A DNA stretch of 64,000 bases from a candidate division WOR-3 bacterium. GTDB taxonomy: Bacteria; Hydrothermota; Tepidihabitantia; SM23-42. The notes below the pieces were generated by a model. That model was not told the origin of the DNA, did not search any database, and saw only the letters and a program-made list of their open reading frames with translations. The position numbers were made by a program, and so were the translations under genes. The stretch spans positions 11,619 to 75,618 of the forward strand of contig JALVOT010000008.1 of NCBI GenBank assembly GCA_027026255.1. The letters run 5' to 3'. Each line of letters begins with the position of its first letter. Within the stretch, counting starts at the first letter, position 1. This document shows positions 26,869 through 35,989 of this stretch, piece by piece.

Positions 26869-28257
26869 TCACCTCCTTTCGTGGCCATTAGATTGAATTT
26901 TTTTTCTGCAGCCGGGCGGTGTTCCAAAAAAGTCATTTTTGCTATAATACGCCCTTAAACGACACATTTTTAAATCGCAACTATTTACAAAAGAACAATT
27001 GCTGCATTCTGAAAGATTACTTAATTCTACCGAACCTCTAAATAATTCCCAGGAATCCAATTCCCAAATTTCTTTAATTTCATTTTCCTTGGTTGAACCC
27101 ATAGCAAAATGATTATCATGAAAGGCATAAACACAGGGGAAAACGATACCATCAGATCTTATTGCAAGTCTTGTAGTTCCAGCAGTGCAAAAAATCCTAC
27201 TATTTTTTAAGGGTTTTAAATCTTCATATTTTGGTTCATATGGATTTAAATAACCGATGTAAATTTTTCCCTCAAAATGATTTTTTAGTTTATCTATGGA
27301 ATTTGAAATGTTATTAATATCAGAATTTTCCAACAAAAATTCTTTATGATTTTTTGCTCTTCCGAGAGCATCCAACACTAAGAAATTTATGGATTCAGCG
27401 CCTATAGAATATGCTAACTCTGCAATTGATTTTAATTGATGAATATTTTTTTTATTAACAGTTGTTGCAATATGGAATTTTGCACCTGCTTTTGATAAGA
27501 GTTCTAAACCATTAATTACCTTGCGGAAACTATCAGGCCCCCTTAACAATTCATGTGTTTCACAATTGGCTCCGTCTAATGAAACTGTCGTTGAGAAATT
27601 AGGCCGTGAAAGAAGTAATGCTAATGATTTATCAATTAGAGTTCCGTTAGTCAGTAATTCTATTCTTATTCTTTTTTGAGCTAAATAATCTATTATTTCT
27701 CCTGAACCGGGATACAGCAACGGTTCACCACCTGAAATTGCTATTCTATATGTTCTTAGTTTTTCAAACTGATCGAATATATTTAGCCATGAAATAAGCT
27801 CAAGTTCGTTATCTAATTTTTTGCCAGCTTTATAAATACAGTGTTTACAATAAAGGTTACAAGCTCTTGTGAAGTGAACTTCAGCCTCATATGGAGTTGA
27901 TGTGACAGGGACGTAGGATTTAATAGAGGTTAATTCAAAATCAGAAATATTTTTTGAGTTTTGGAAATTATCTGTAAGTATCTCAGAAGGATTAAAATGT
28001 TTACTAATAACCTTAATTATATCCTTAACAGTTATTTCTATTCCTCTTTGAGAGCAAAATGAACAAATTTGTTCAAAAGAAAGATAATTATTCTCAAATA
28101 ATTTAAGTATTAAAAATAGTGTTAGACTAATTTTATACTTTTCAGCAGTATCAATATTAAATGCTAAGTAAGGAGTATGGAAATATGGATCATTTCTGAT
28201 AATCCAACGATCAGATAAAGTATATGGTTTATTTGCTGAGAGAGAAAACGATTTCAT
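26869..28257 (-). CDS. radical SAM/SPASM-domain peptide-modifying enzyme with an N-terminal RRE/PqqD-like region
   Basis: CNLYCKHC (Cx3Cx2C), GGEPLL, and a C-terminal Cys cluster (CTAG...FPCVY...CSNCSFVNSCDLKMC) typical of SPASM. Confidence 0.8.
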   Translation of the reverse strand: MKSFSLSANKPYTLSDRWIIRNDPYFHTPYLAFNIDTAEKYKISLTLFLILKLFENNYLSFEQICSFCSQRGIEITVKDIIKVISKHFNPSEILTDNFQNSKNISDFELTSIKSYVPVTSTPYEAEVHFTRACNLYCKHCIYKAGKKLDNELELISWLNIFDQFEKLRTYRIAISGGEPLLYPGSGEIIDYLAQKRIRIELLTNGTLIDKSLALLLSRPNFSTTVSLDGANCETHELLRGPDSFRKVINGLELLSKAGAKFHIATTVNKKNIHQLKSIAELAYSIGAESINFLVLDALGRAKNHKEFLLENSDINNISNSIDKLKNHFEGKIYIGYLNPYEPKYEDLKPLKNSRIFCTAGTTRLAIRSDGIVFPCVYAFHDNHFAMGSTKENEIKEIWELDSWELFRGSVELSNLSECSNCSFVNSCDLKMCRLRAYYSKNDFFGTPPGCRKKIQSNGHERR

Positions 28258-28556
28258 ATATTAATGTTTATAGTATCGATTGGACTAACTGTTTTCCCCG
28301 GACTCTTTCTGCTTATATAGGAATAAAACTTATTTATATTACTGCTTTTATGCTCCATTAGGTTCCATATCTTTCCAGAAATCATTCTTACTTCTTTTAT
28401 CAACCCCTTATCATAAGGAATTTGAATTATAATTTCATCATTTTCCTCAAGCGCAATCTTCACAGCAGTTATTTTGCCTGTTTGTACCGTCTTCACGGCA
28501 GACAGGTCTTCCCTTACCATTTTATAAAACACATTCTGTTTTTTTATTATATTCAT
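28254..28556 (-). CDS. hypothetical 100-aa protein (segments resemble the N- and C-termini of tyrosine recombinases)
   Basis: Carries IQIPYDKGLIKEVRMISGKIWN and a C-terminal SPID. 4-nt ATGA overlap with the radical SAM gene. Confidence 0.45.
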   Translation of the reverse strand: MNIIKKQNVFYKMVREDLSAVKTVQTGKITAVKIALEENDEIIIQIPYDKGLIKEVRMISGKIWNLMEHKSSNINKFYSYISRKSPGKTVSPIDTININI

Positions 28557-28614
28557 ATTCTATTCCTATCCTTTCCTTACAATTTCCAGTTCCAGCACTT
28601 TAATATATGATACT

Positions 28615-28642
28615 ATTATATTCATATACACGAGTCTGTCAA
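28615..28642 (-). promoter_or_regulatory. sigma70-type promoter of the radical SAM operon
   Basis: Minus strand reads TTGACA (28642-28637), 16 nt, TATAAT (28620-28615), followed by a 58-nt leader. Confidence 0.55.
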
Positions 28643-28686
28643 GGCCTGATTTTGCCTGGTCTGGCAGGTTTATTGATTAATCAGTA

Positions 28687-30651
28687 TTAATAGACAAAAT
28701 ATATCTGGCCGAATATTCTCCGTCCGGGCATCGGATAGTTTCTATCTTTTATTGAATTGCCGAATTGCGTGGCATATTCTTTATTAAAGAGGTTCTTCAC
28801 GCCTACGGATAATTCCCATACCTTTAAGAATTTTTTTCCTGCGGTGATATCCACAATGTAGTATGGATTCAGGGTCTTCGTATCCATCTTTATTCTGGGA
28901 TAATCTTCATAATTGGGATAGTAATTAACCTGTTCACCCACATACGAACCGATGATGTTGAGATTCCACTGATGCCGGAACTTAAAATATAATTTTGTTG
29001 AAAATTTATATTTCGGAATAAACCCTGCGGTTCTTGTTTTCGTTTCAAACTCAATATGGGATGTATCTGCAAGCCAGTCATAATATGAATAGACCAGTTC
29101 TCTGTTTTCCTGTTGGGCAAGAAGGTATGTTCCTTCTAATGCAACTTTTAAAAACCAGCTGACCCGGGTATTAATCCGGGCTTCAATCCCTTTGATATTA
29201 ACGTAGTCGACATTTTGCGGTTTCCACAGTCCATTATTATCAGGCAGCCAGGCAATCTTATCATTTATATTGCGCATAAATATTGCCAGACTTGTAAAAA
29301 GATTATACCGGGGTGAAATCTCAGCCCTCAGTTCATATGCCTCGCCATATTCAGGTTTGATATCTGGATTTCCACCGGTTGGATAGTAGAGGTCATTGAA
29401 TGTCGGTGCCCGGAATGCCCGGCCTGCTGAACCCTTTAAAAAACACCTTTCGGTCAATTGATAGACAATGCCCAGTTGAGGTGAAATGAAGTTGCCATAA
29501 CCAGAATTCTGATCCAGGCGTAGAGAAGAATGGACCTTTATAAAATCTATCGGTTCAATCCTGGTTTCAATCCAGTATCCGATATTATGATATGCCGCAT
29601 CCCAGACCGATTTTCCAAAAAGGCTCGATTCTGTAATGCTGTTCAGACTGTCGTATCTGAAATCAAATCCGCTGATAACCTTAAACTGATTTAGATTATA
29701 ACCGGTTGAGAAGTTTATGCCTGCGGTTCGAACATCCCATTGATATTCTTCTTCAACCGGAGCGGCCCAGAAGTATTTTGTATGATATTTAATACGATAG
29801 AGATTGCCGTATATTTTCAGGTCAAGGTTGATTCGGCTACCGGGCACAAAGCTGATATCCAGATTGCTCAAGGCTATGCGGTCTCTCTGACGGTCATAAA
29901 GTGAAGTCGATTGGGAATCGCCAAAAACCGGAGGGGGTGTAATACTATCGATATAGGGCATCGGTCCAGGAACACCATGGTCCCTTAAATTAAGGCTGAA
30001 ATCCAGGTTTGTCTTAAACCTCTTTTTATTATAACTTAATCCATTTTTCAGATAGTAACCAGAGAAATCACTGTTTGACCGGATACCCTGGGCCTTAGAT
30101 TTTGTCTGTTCCAAGTAATAACCAAAATTGCCGGCGGGAACAAAAAATTTTAAGAAGTAGTTCTGTTGATTGGGAAAGGCAGTTATTTTTAGCTGAGAGT
30201 TTTTTTGATAATCAAATTCATCAGTGATGATGTTAATCACACCACCTAAGGCATTTGCTCCGTAGAGTGCAGAACAGGGACCTTTGACAATCTCAATCCT
30301 TTTTATGGAGTTGATATCAATCATACTCAAGTCCGCCATTCCAAAGAGCATCGAATTCAGGGGCTGACCATTTAAAAGAACCAATGTGCCATTGGATGAT
30401 ATGCCCCTGATGCATAGACTGCCAACACCACCAGGGGTTCCATAATCCTTTATTTCGACCCCAGCGGCATACTGGAGAATTTCGGTCAAAGAAGCAGGTT
30501 TTATTTTCTCAATTTCATCCTTTGTTATTACCAGGGTCGCAGTAGCGATATCCTGCAGTTTCTCAGGATATCTTGTTGCCGTAACCACAATACCTTCAAC
30601 CTCGTAGATCGGTTGTTGGGTAATGAGTTGAATGGTTAATAATAAAATCAT
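28687..30651 (-). CDS. btuB: TonB-dependent receptor, cobalamin-type (BtuB-like)
   Basis: 654-aa ORF with a plug domain, beta-barrel, and C-terminal aromatic residue. It follows a cobalamin riboswitch. Confidence 0.85.
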   Translation of the reverse strand: MILLLTIQLITQQPIYEVEGIVVTATRYPEKLQDIATATLVITKDEIEKIKPASLTEILQYAAGVEIKDYGTPGGVGSLCIRGISSNGTLVLLNGQPLNSMLFGMADLSMIDINSIKRIEIVKGPCSALYGANALGGVINIITDEFDYQKNSQLKITAFPNQQNYFLKFFVPAGNFGYYLEQTKSKAQGIRSNSDFSGYYLKNGLSYNKKRFKTNLDFSLNLRDHGVPGPMPYIDSITPPPVFGDSQSTSLYDRQRDRIALSNLDISFVPGSRINLDLKIYGNLYRIKYHTKYFWAAPVEEEYQWDVRTAGINFSTGYNLNQFKVISGFDFRYDSLNSITESSLFGKSVWDAAYHNIGYWIETRIEPIDFIKVHSSLRLDQNSGYGNFISPQLGIVYQLTERCFLKGSAGRAFRAPTFNDLYYPTGGNPDIKPEYGEAYELRAEISPRYNLFTSLAIFMRNINDKIAWLPDNNGLWKPQNVDYVNIKGIEARINTRVSWFLKVALEGTYLLAQQENRELVYSYYDWLADTSHIEFETKTRTAGFIPKYKFSTKLYFKFRHQWNLNIIGSYVGEQVNYYPNYEDYPRIKMDTKTLNPYYIVDITAGKKFLKVWELSVGVKNLFNKEYATQFGNSIKDRNYPMPGRRIFGQIYFVY

Positions 30652-30666
30652 TGTGCCTCCTTTCGT

Positions 30667-30840
30667 CCGAAGGATTTCTTCGGTAGACCGGGGATAGGTC
30701 TCCTGGCTTATCCACCCTTAATCAACCTTCCCATTCTGTCTTGTAGAACAGTGGTTTTCTATGATTAAGGTATCTACTGGAATCACAGTGGCGGCGACCG
30801 CGGCCGATTTTCACGGCGCTTCCCTTGAATCCACCAGCCG
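30667..30840 (-). promoter_or_regulatory. cobalamin (B12) riboswitch
   Basis: Minus strand carries GGTGGATTCAAGGGAAGCGCCGTGAAAATCGGCCGCGGTCGCCGCCACTGT, GGGAAGG, and the B12 box AAGCCAGGAGACC. Confidence 0.85.
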
Positions 30841-30844
30841 ATAG

Positions 30845-30872
30845 ATTATATTCAGATAATAATAACTGTCAA
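30845..30872 (-). promoter_or_regulatory. sigma70-type promoter of the riboswitch-btuB unit
   Basis: Minus strand reads TTGACA (30872-30867), 16 nt, TATAAT (30850-30845). Confidence 0.6.
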
Positions 30873-30882
30873 CCCATTCACC

Positions 30883-31069
30883 TGGGGTCAAATCTTCACA
30901 ATTCACAAACCTGTATAGGCGACATACCATTAACTCGTCAATCGTAATTGATATTGCTACTATACTGATAAAATATCTCGCAACAACGCCGTAATAACTC
31001 CATCATCAGAATACAATTTAAACTGGAATAAATCAAACATTAATTGTGAATTGTGAAGATTTGACCCCA
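30883..31069. repeat. 187-bp element with perfect 26-bp terminal inverted repeats (MITE or invertible segment)
   Basis: TGGGGTCAAATCTTCACAATTCACAA at 30883-30908 and its exact reverse complement at 31044-31069, with a 135-bp interior. Confidence 0.8.
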
Positions 31070-31078
31070 AAACTCACA

Positions 31079-31106
31079 TTGACATCTTAAATCAAAAGGA
31101 TATAAT
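31079..31106 (+). promoter_or_regulatory. sigma70-type promoter of the ECF sigma operon
   Basis: TTGACA (31079-31084), 16 nt, TATAAT (31101-31106). Confidence 0.55.
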
Positions 31107-31191
31107 GATGCAGGAGATGAGAAAATAGATTTTTTAAATTCGGCTGTTACCTGAGGGTTGAAATTTGAGTCTTATAGGTAAAGGAGGTTAT

Positions 31192-31557
31192 ATGCCACAT
31201 CTTTCTCTATTAATACCCATTGTTGCAATTGTCTTTGGCTGTGGAATTGCAATTATTGCAATTATTACAGAGTATTATGAAAAGAAAAGATACCATGAGT
31301 CTTTGGTAAAGGCATTAGAGACCGGTAATGACCCGGAGAAGGTCAAGGAGCTATTCAAACTGCCGGAAAAAAAGGAACCATATACTATAAGATACCTGCA
31401 CAAAGGAATTACTACAATTGCGGTGGGCATTGGAGCAGGACTGTTCGGACTTTTTATAAATACAAGAGTTATTACCGGCATCGGTGTCTTTCTATGCATC
31501 CTGGGTCTGGCATTCTTACTGATACATTATCTGATTAAAAAGAATAGACCTGAATAA
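31192..31557 (+). CDS. small membrane protein (two hydrophobic ends, charged middle)
   Basis: ATG 31192 after AAAGGAGG (the track starts at an upstream TTG). Confidence 0.6.
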   Translation: MPHLSLLIPIVAIVFGCGIAIIAIITEYYEKKRYHESLVKALETGNDPEKVKELFKLPEKKEPYTIRYLHKGITTIAVGIGAGLFGLFINTRVITGIGVFLCILGLAFLLIHYLIKKNRPE

Positions 31558-31562
31558 TACCT

Positions 31563-32105
31563 TTGCCTGCAGATATCAATGAACTTGTTCGATTATCCAA
31601 AACGGGTGATGAGAAGGCGATTGCCCGGCTCATCACCCTGTATAAGCAGTTGATATTCACCCTTGCATATCGTATGATCCAGGATTATGAACTGAGTCGG
31701 GATATATGCCAGGAGACATTCATTAAGGCATTCAAAAACATTCATAAATTGAAAAATCCGGCATCGATGAAGGCCTGGCTCTGTTCGATAGCGCGCAATA
31801 TAATCTATGATAAAATCAGAGAGAGGAAAAAGCACAATACGGTGAGTCTTGAACAAATTCAAGAACCTCTGGTTTCTGACCAATCACTCCGTATAAGAAA
31901 ACAGATGATAATTCAAAATGCTCTTGCCCGGTTGAATGAACAGGACCGTCTGTTATTGTCTTTATATTATTATCAGGGGATGGATATCAAGGATGTTGCT
32001 GTAATAACAAAAAGGAAACCAGAAAATATTAAGATGGCGTTGAGCCGGGCAAGGGCAAGATTGAGAAGGGAGTTGAAAGGATATGAAGATGAACTTATGC
32101 CCTGA
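31563..32105 (+). CDS. ECF-type RNA polymerase sigma factor (sigma-70 family, regions 2 and 4)
   Basis: 180-aa ORF with DICQETFIKAF and a C-terminal HTH (DIKDVAVITKRKPENIKMALSRAR). Confidence 0.85.
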   Translation: MPADINELVRLSKTGDEKAIARLITLYKQLIFTLAYRMIQDYELSRDICQETFIKAFKNIHKLKNPASMKAWLCSIARNIIYDKIRERKKHNTVSLEQIQEPLVSDQSLRIRKQMIIQNALARLNEQDRLLLSLYYYQGMDIKDVAVITKRKPENIKMALSRARARLRRELKGYEDELMP

Positions 32106-32556
32106 TAAAGAAAGACTTATTGCCTATCGCTCAGGTATTCTGAATCCGGCAGAGCAAAAATTGATTGAAGAACATATTACTCAATGTAAAAAATGCCAGC
32201 GGGAATTGAAGATAGAATTGGAGATTGATAAATGTTTATCAACAGCGTTTGATCCCGGACCCATTGAAGATTCTGTAATCCAGCGATTACGATTGGACCG
32301 AGAAATATCTGCAAGAATCTGGTGGTCATATCCGGTCTGGGTGTTTTTGAATACCTTGGCATTTCTGGCGCTTGGTCTGGGGGTATGGGTGATAATCAAC
32401 CAACCCTATATCATCTCTAAGTTAAATGATTTTGTTAATTTATTACCGAAGAATTCAAACGCTATTATAATGAATGTTATCAGTATTCTATTTTTATTGA
32501 TGAGTTTGGCCTTTTCTTTTCGGAAAAAGTTCCTCAGATATCTTATTGAATTGTAA
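32083..32556 (+). CDS. anti-sigma factor (zf-HC2-like, single TM)
   Basis: H..QCKKC motif and a TM helix. It overlaps the sigma gene end. Confidence 0.65.
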   Translation: MKMNLCPDKERLIAYRSGILNPAEQKLIEEHITQCKKCQRELKIELEIDKCLSTAFDPGPIEDSVIQRLRLDREISARIWWSYPVWVFLNTLAFLALGLGVWVIINQPYIISKLNDFVNLLPKNSNAIIMNVISILFLLMSLAFSFRKKFLRYLIEL

Positions 32557-32907
32557 AATGAGCATAGGTGTTGCGTACGCCTGATTCTGGTAATTACCCG
32601 AATACCAGAGTAATTTAAATTAGTAATTTTATTTCAAAAAATCGAAATTTCAATGTGATTTTTTGAGAAATGGAGCATTGGACAAATTTACTAAATAAAC
32701 CAAATAAATCAGATAAATCAGATAAATTAAAAAACGGGATTCTTTGCTGCACTCAGAATAACAATTTTTATGTTATTCTGAATCTGCTATTTCCCCTGCT
32801 CTGTGTTAAATACAATGAGCCGTTCCTCAGGCATAGCCCTCACTTCCAGAACCCGGTCCTCTATACAGATATAGGAAAGAGTGAAGAAAAGTCAGGTAAT
32901 TTCAATC

Positions 32908-32935
32908 TTGACAGGACAGTATTTATTTTTATAAT
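32908..32935 (+). promoter_or_regulatory. sigma70-type promoter of the BNR/T9SS gene
   Basis: TTGACA (32908-32913), 16 nt, TATAAT (32930-32935), then GAGGAGG. Confidence 0.55.
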
Positions 32936-33080
32936 GGTTTGAGGAGGTTTTATACAGACCGCTATTTTTCTACTCTTACCGTTTTATATTTTTGGCTTTG
33001 GCCAGCGCGATTCTGCCTATCTTAATATTAAACTGAATAATGACTCCACAACCGAAATTCAGAACGAAGAACAGATTGTA

Positions 33081-34592
33081 ATGAACCCTTTAGATACGAC
33101 AAACCTTGTTGCAGTATGGAGGGATTTCAGACTGGGTTATCGTCGGGTAGGCTATGGCTATACATTTGATGGCGGTTTAACCTGGGTACAGGACCTCTTT
33201 CCTTTAACTTCATATTCCCGGGATAGTGACCCAGGCATAACCTATGATACCGCAGGAAACTTTTATGCAGTAATCTTATCATTTAATACTACATCAGAAC
33301 CGAATGGTCTGTTTGTATACAAATCAACAGATGGAGGTGTGACCTGGAATGGTCCGGATACGGTCATAGATGGTGCCCCAGGGGTATTTGAAGATAAAGA
33401 ACTTATTGCCTGTGATCGTTCTAATAGTGCATATACCGGTAACCTTTATGTAACCTGGACAAGGTTTGGCTATGATACAGAGATTCTAATGTGTCGTTCT
33501 ACAGACGGCGGCAACACATTTGTTGGACCGGTCTCAATAAGTGATGTGGATGGTGTGCAGTGGCCAGTGCCAGCAGTTGGGCCAAATGGTGAGGTCTATA
33601 TCGCCTGGGTTCAGTATTCTGGTTCTATTAAATTTGACCGCTCAACTGATGGGGGTCAGACCTTTGGCACCGATATAACCCTGCAACCGGTCTCTTTTGT
33701 TTCTGGTAATATTAATGGAAGAATCATGGTATTTTCCTTTCCGGCAATGGATGTAGATATTACCGGCGGTCCTAATAACGGAAATATCTATGTTGCCTAT
33801 ATGGATTACTCTTCAAGGAATACAGATACTGATATCTATTTTACTAAATCTACGGATGGTGGTAATACCTGGAGTCAGAAACAGAGAATTAATGACGACC
33901 CGGTCAGTAATGGTTGTGATCAATTCCACCCCTGGCTTACGGTTGCCCCGGATGGCAGTATCATAGTTGTTTTCCTTGACCGACGACGTGACCCGAATAA
34001 TCTCTTGATGGATTTATATATGACCACCTCAACTGATGGTGGTAATACCTGGTCCCCTAATGAAAGAATAACTACTGTATCTTCAGACCCTACTGCAGGT
34101 TTATTTAAAGGCGATCCCGCTAAATATCCAATAAAAATTGACCATCCAGTAATCACTGCAGGAAGGTCAGGCCTTATTGGTGAATATATCTGTGTTACCG
34201 CATCCTCAATTAATGATATCCATCAAATCTGGACCGATACAAGACTTGGAAATCAGGATGTCTTTGTTGGTGTTGCCGATACTACACAACCCGGAATTGC
34301 CGAGGTATATTCTGACCACTCTAAATCGCCATTACTGAATATTCTATCCAATCCCGGTTCCAAGAATATCAGGTTTCAGGTCTTATCGAATGAAACATCG
34401 GTCAAGAGAGTACCGATAAAAATCTACGATACTACCGGAAGACTGGTCGATAAATTTTACGCCCTGGTTAATAATACAATAATCTGGGATAGAAAAGATA
34501 AGAATGGCAATTATCTAAGGCCTGGTGTCTATTTCTGGTCAGTGGAATCCTCCAGACAGAAATGCATTAAGAAATTCGTCCTGACCGAATAG
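33081..34592 (+). CDS. BNR/sialidase-like beta-propeller protein with a T9SS-type C-terminal sorting domain (true start probably upstream, ~32952)
   Basis: Repeated S.DGG.TW BNR motifs. The C-terminal ~80 aa (IKIYDTTGRLV...GVYFW...KFVL) resemble a T9SS CTD. Confidence 0.8.
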   Translation: MNPLDTTNLVAVWRDFRLGYRRVGYGYTFDGGLTWVQDLFPLTSYSRDSDPGITYDTAGNFYAVILSFNTTSEPNGLFVYKSTDGGVTWNGPDTVIDGAPGVFEDKELIACDRSNSAYTGNLYVTWTRFGYDTEILMCRSTDGGNTFVGPVSISDVDGVQWPVPAVGPNGEVYIAWVQYSGSIKFDRSTDGGQTFGTDITLQPVSFVSGNINGRIMVFSFPAMDVDITGGPNNGNIYVAYMDYSSRNTDTDIYFTKSTDGGNTWSQKQRINDDPVSNGCDQFHPWLTVAPDGSIIVVFLDRRRDPNNLLMDLYMTTSTDGGNTWSPNERITTVSSDPTAGLFKGDPAKYPIKIDHPVITAGRSGLIGEYICVTASSINDIHQIWTDTRLGNQDVFVGVADTTQPGIAEVYSDHSKSPLLNILSNPGSKNIRFQVLSNETSVKRVPIKIYDTTGRLVDKFYALVNNTIIWDRKDKNGNYLRPGVYFWSVESSRQKCIKKFVLTE

Positions 34593-34848
34593 AGGAAATT
34601 CTAAGGTCAGATCTTGCAGGGATGATTTTTGAGAGGCGATTTATAATCTTTAAAGTAAAGAATTTGTCATTGTATGGTAAACAGAACTGAATAAAATGTA
34701 GACCTTCGGTCTCGGATCTGTTTAAGATTAACCTACGCATATTATCTGACCAGCTATCATAAATCTTTTTGAACGATTCATCACGAAAGGTTTGAACGCC
34801 TGCAAATATTCTCACCGGATGAGAAAGATCGGTAGTTCTATGGTTCAT
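34567..34848 (-). CDS. hypothetical 93-aa ORF
   Basis: The only ORF in an otherwise empty 320-nt gap. No motif, and it overlaps the BNR gene end. Confidence 0.25.
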   Translation of the reverse strand: MNHRTTDLSHPVRIFAGVQTFRDESFKKIYDSWSDNMRRLILNRSETEGLHFIQFCLPYNDKFFTLKIINRLSKIIPARSDLRISSIRSGRIS

Positions 34849-34932
34849 AAAAAGAATTGGACAATCAGATGTCTGATTGTTAAACTCTTATATTGTTTAG
34901 ATCCGGTCTAAAATTTGTCCTGCATTCAACTA

Positions 34933-34960
34933 TTGACTTACAAAGAGAATTCGTTAATAT
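34933..34960 (+). promoter_or_regulatory. sigma70-type promoter, near-leaderless (mntA/hepT)
   Basis: TTGACT (34933-34938), 16 nt, TAATAT (34955-34960), 8 nt, ATG (34969). Confidence 0.5.
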
Positions 34961-34968
34961 TAGATAAT

Positions 34969-35373
34969 ATGAAAAAATTAGAGCAAACATATCTTGAAAA
35001 GATATCGACTATCTTGAAAAAAGAAGAAAATGTTATTTTCGCCTACCTATATGGTTCTTTTTTAAAGACAGAGAACTATCACGATATTGATATTGGTGTA
35101 TATATAGGAAACACTAAGGAAATTGATATTCTTGATCGCCAATTGTCATTAGCCACAAAATTACAGAAAGTGGTAAAGGGAAAAGAAATCGATTTACGAA
35201 TTCTCAATGTTGCCCCGCTTAGTTTCTGTTTTAATGTTATCCATGAAGGTAAATTAATCTATTCGCGTGACGAAGAGAGGCGCACTGATTTTGAAATTGA
35301 AATACTGGATAGATATTTTGACTTTTTGCCTCATTTAAAAGAATATTATCGAGATGTCGTGCTAAATGAATAA
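34969..35373 (+). CDS. mntA: MntA-type nucleotidyltransferase antitoxin
   Basis: YLYGSFLKTENYHDIDIGVY matches the GS...DxD motif. ATG 34969 (MKKLEQ...) is preferred over the track start. Confidence 0.8.
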   Translation: MKKLEQTYLEKISTILKKEENVIFAYLYGSFLKTENYHDIDIGVYIGNTKEIDILDRQLSLATKLQKVVKGKEIDLRILNVAPLSFCFNVIHEGKLIYSRDEERRTDFEIEILDRYFDFLPHLKEYYRDVVLNE

Positions 35374-35806
35374 TCACCGTAAGATTGATCAGAATAAAAT
35401 CGCGCGCCATTTTACCGAACTTAAAGGAGCGGTTGATAAATTAATTGAAATATCCCGGGTTCCGCTGAGCGACTTTCTTAAAGATCGTTTTCTTATTGAT
35501 GCAGCAAAATACAATTTTATTGTCGCAATTGAATCAGTCATTGATATCGCTAACCATTTAGTCGCAAAAATGGCTCTTGGAAAACCAGCTGATTATGCCG
35601 ATGTAATGAAAATTTTATCTTCGGCTAATATTGTTTCAGAAGACCTACAGAATACTTTGATAAAAATGGTAAAATTCAGAAATCTTTTGGTGCATCTATA
35701 CTGGGAGGTTGATAATCAAAAAGTATATAATATATTAATTAATAACATCAAAGATTTTAAAAATTTTGAATCAGCGATTAGAAAATTCTTAAATTCAATA
35801 TCATAA
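35366..35806 (+). CDS. hepT: HepT-type HEPN (DUF86) toxin
   Basis: FRNLLVHLY matches the Rx4H HEPN motif. 8-nt overlap with mntA. Confidence 0.8.
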   Translation: MNNHRKIDQNKIARHFTELKGAVDKLIEISRVPLSDFLKDRFLIDAAKYNFIVAIESVIDIANHLVAKMALGKPADYADVMKILSSANIVSEDLQNTLIKMVKFRNLLVHLYWEVDNQKVYNILINNIKDFKNFESAIRKFLNSIS

Positions 35807-35989
35807 TTTTTAACAAATATAGTAAAATAATAATCAAGGATTTTGATTTTTTTTGAGTTAGTAATTATATTAGAGATCTTATTATCATAATAGTTCAGCA
35901 TGCCCGGGTGAAATATACGGGCCAGTATCTTATTAATTCAGTATCACACAATAAATACATTTAAGTCAAAGATAAAATGTATTATTCTC

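Noticed and set aside
31107-31130. Six-codon ORF (MQEMRK) immediately after the ECF promoter -10 box
   Set aside because: Too short, and the ATG is only 1 nt from the -10 hexamer. The downstream gene has its own AAAGGAGG RBS at 31192.
32670-32942. 90-aa plus-strand ORF between the anti-sigma gene and the BNR gene
   Set aside because: Low-complexity AT-rich translation that runs through a 9-bp hairpin (32755-32781) and the BNR promoter. No RBS.
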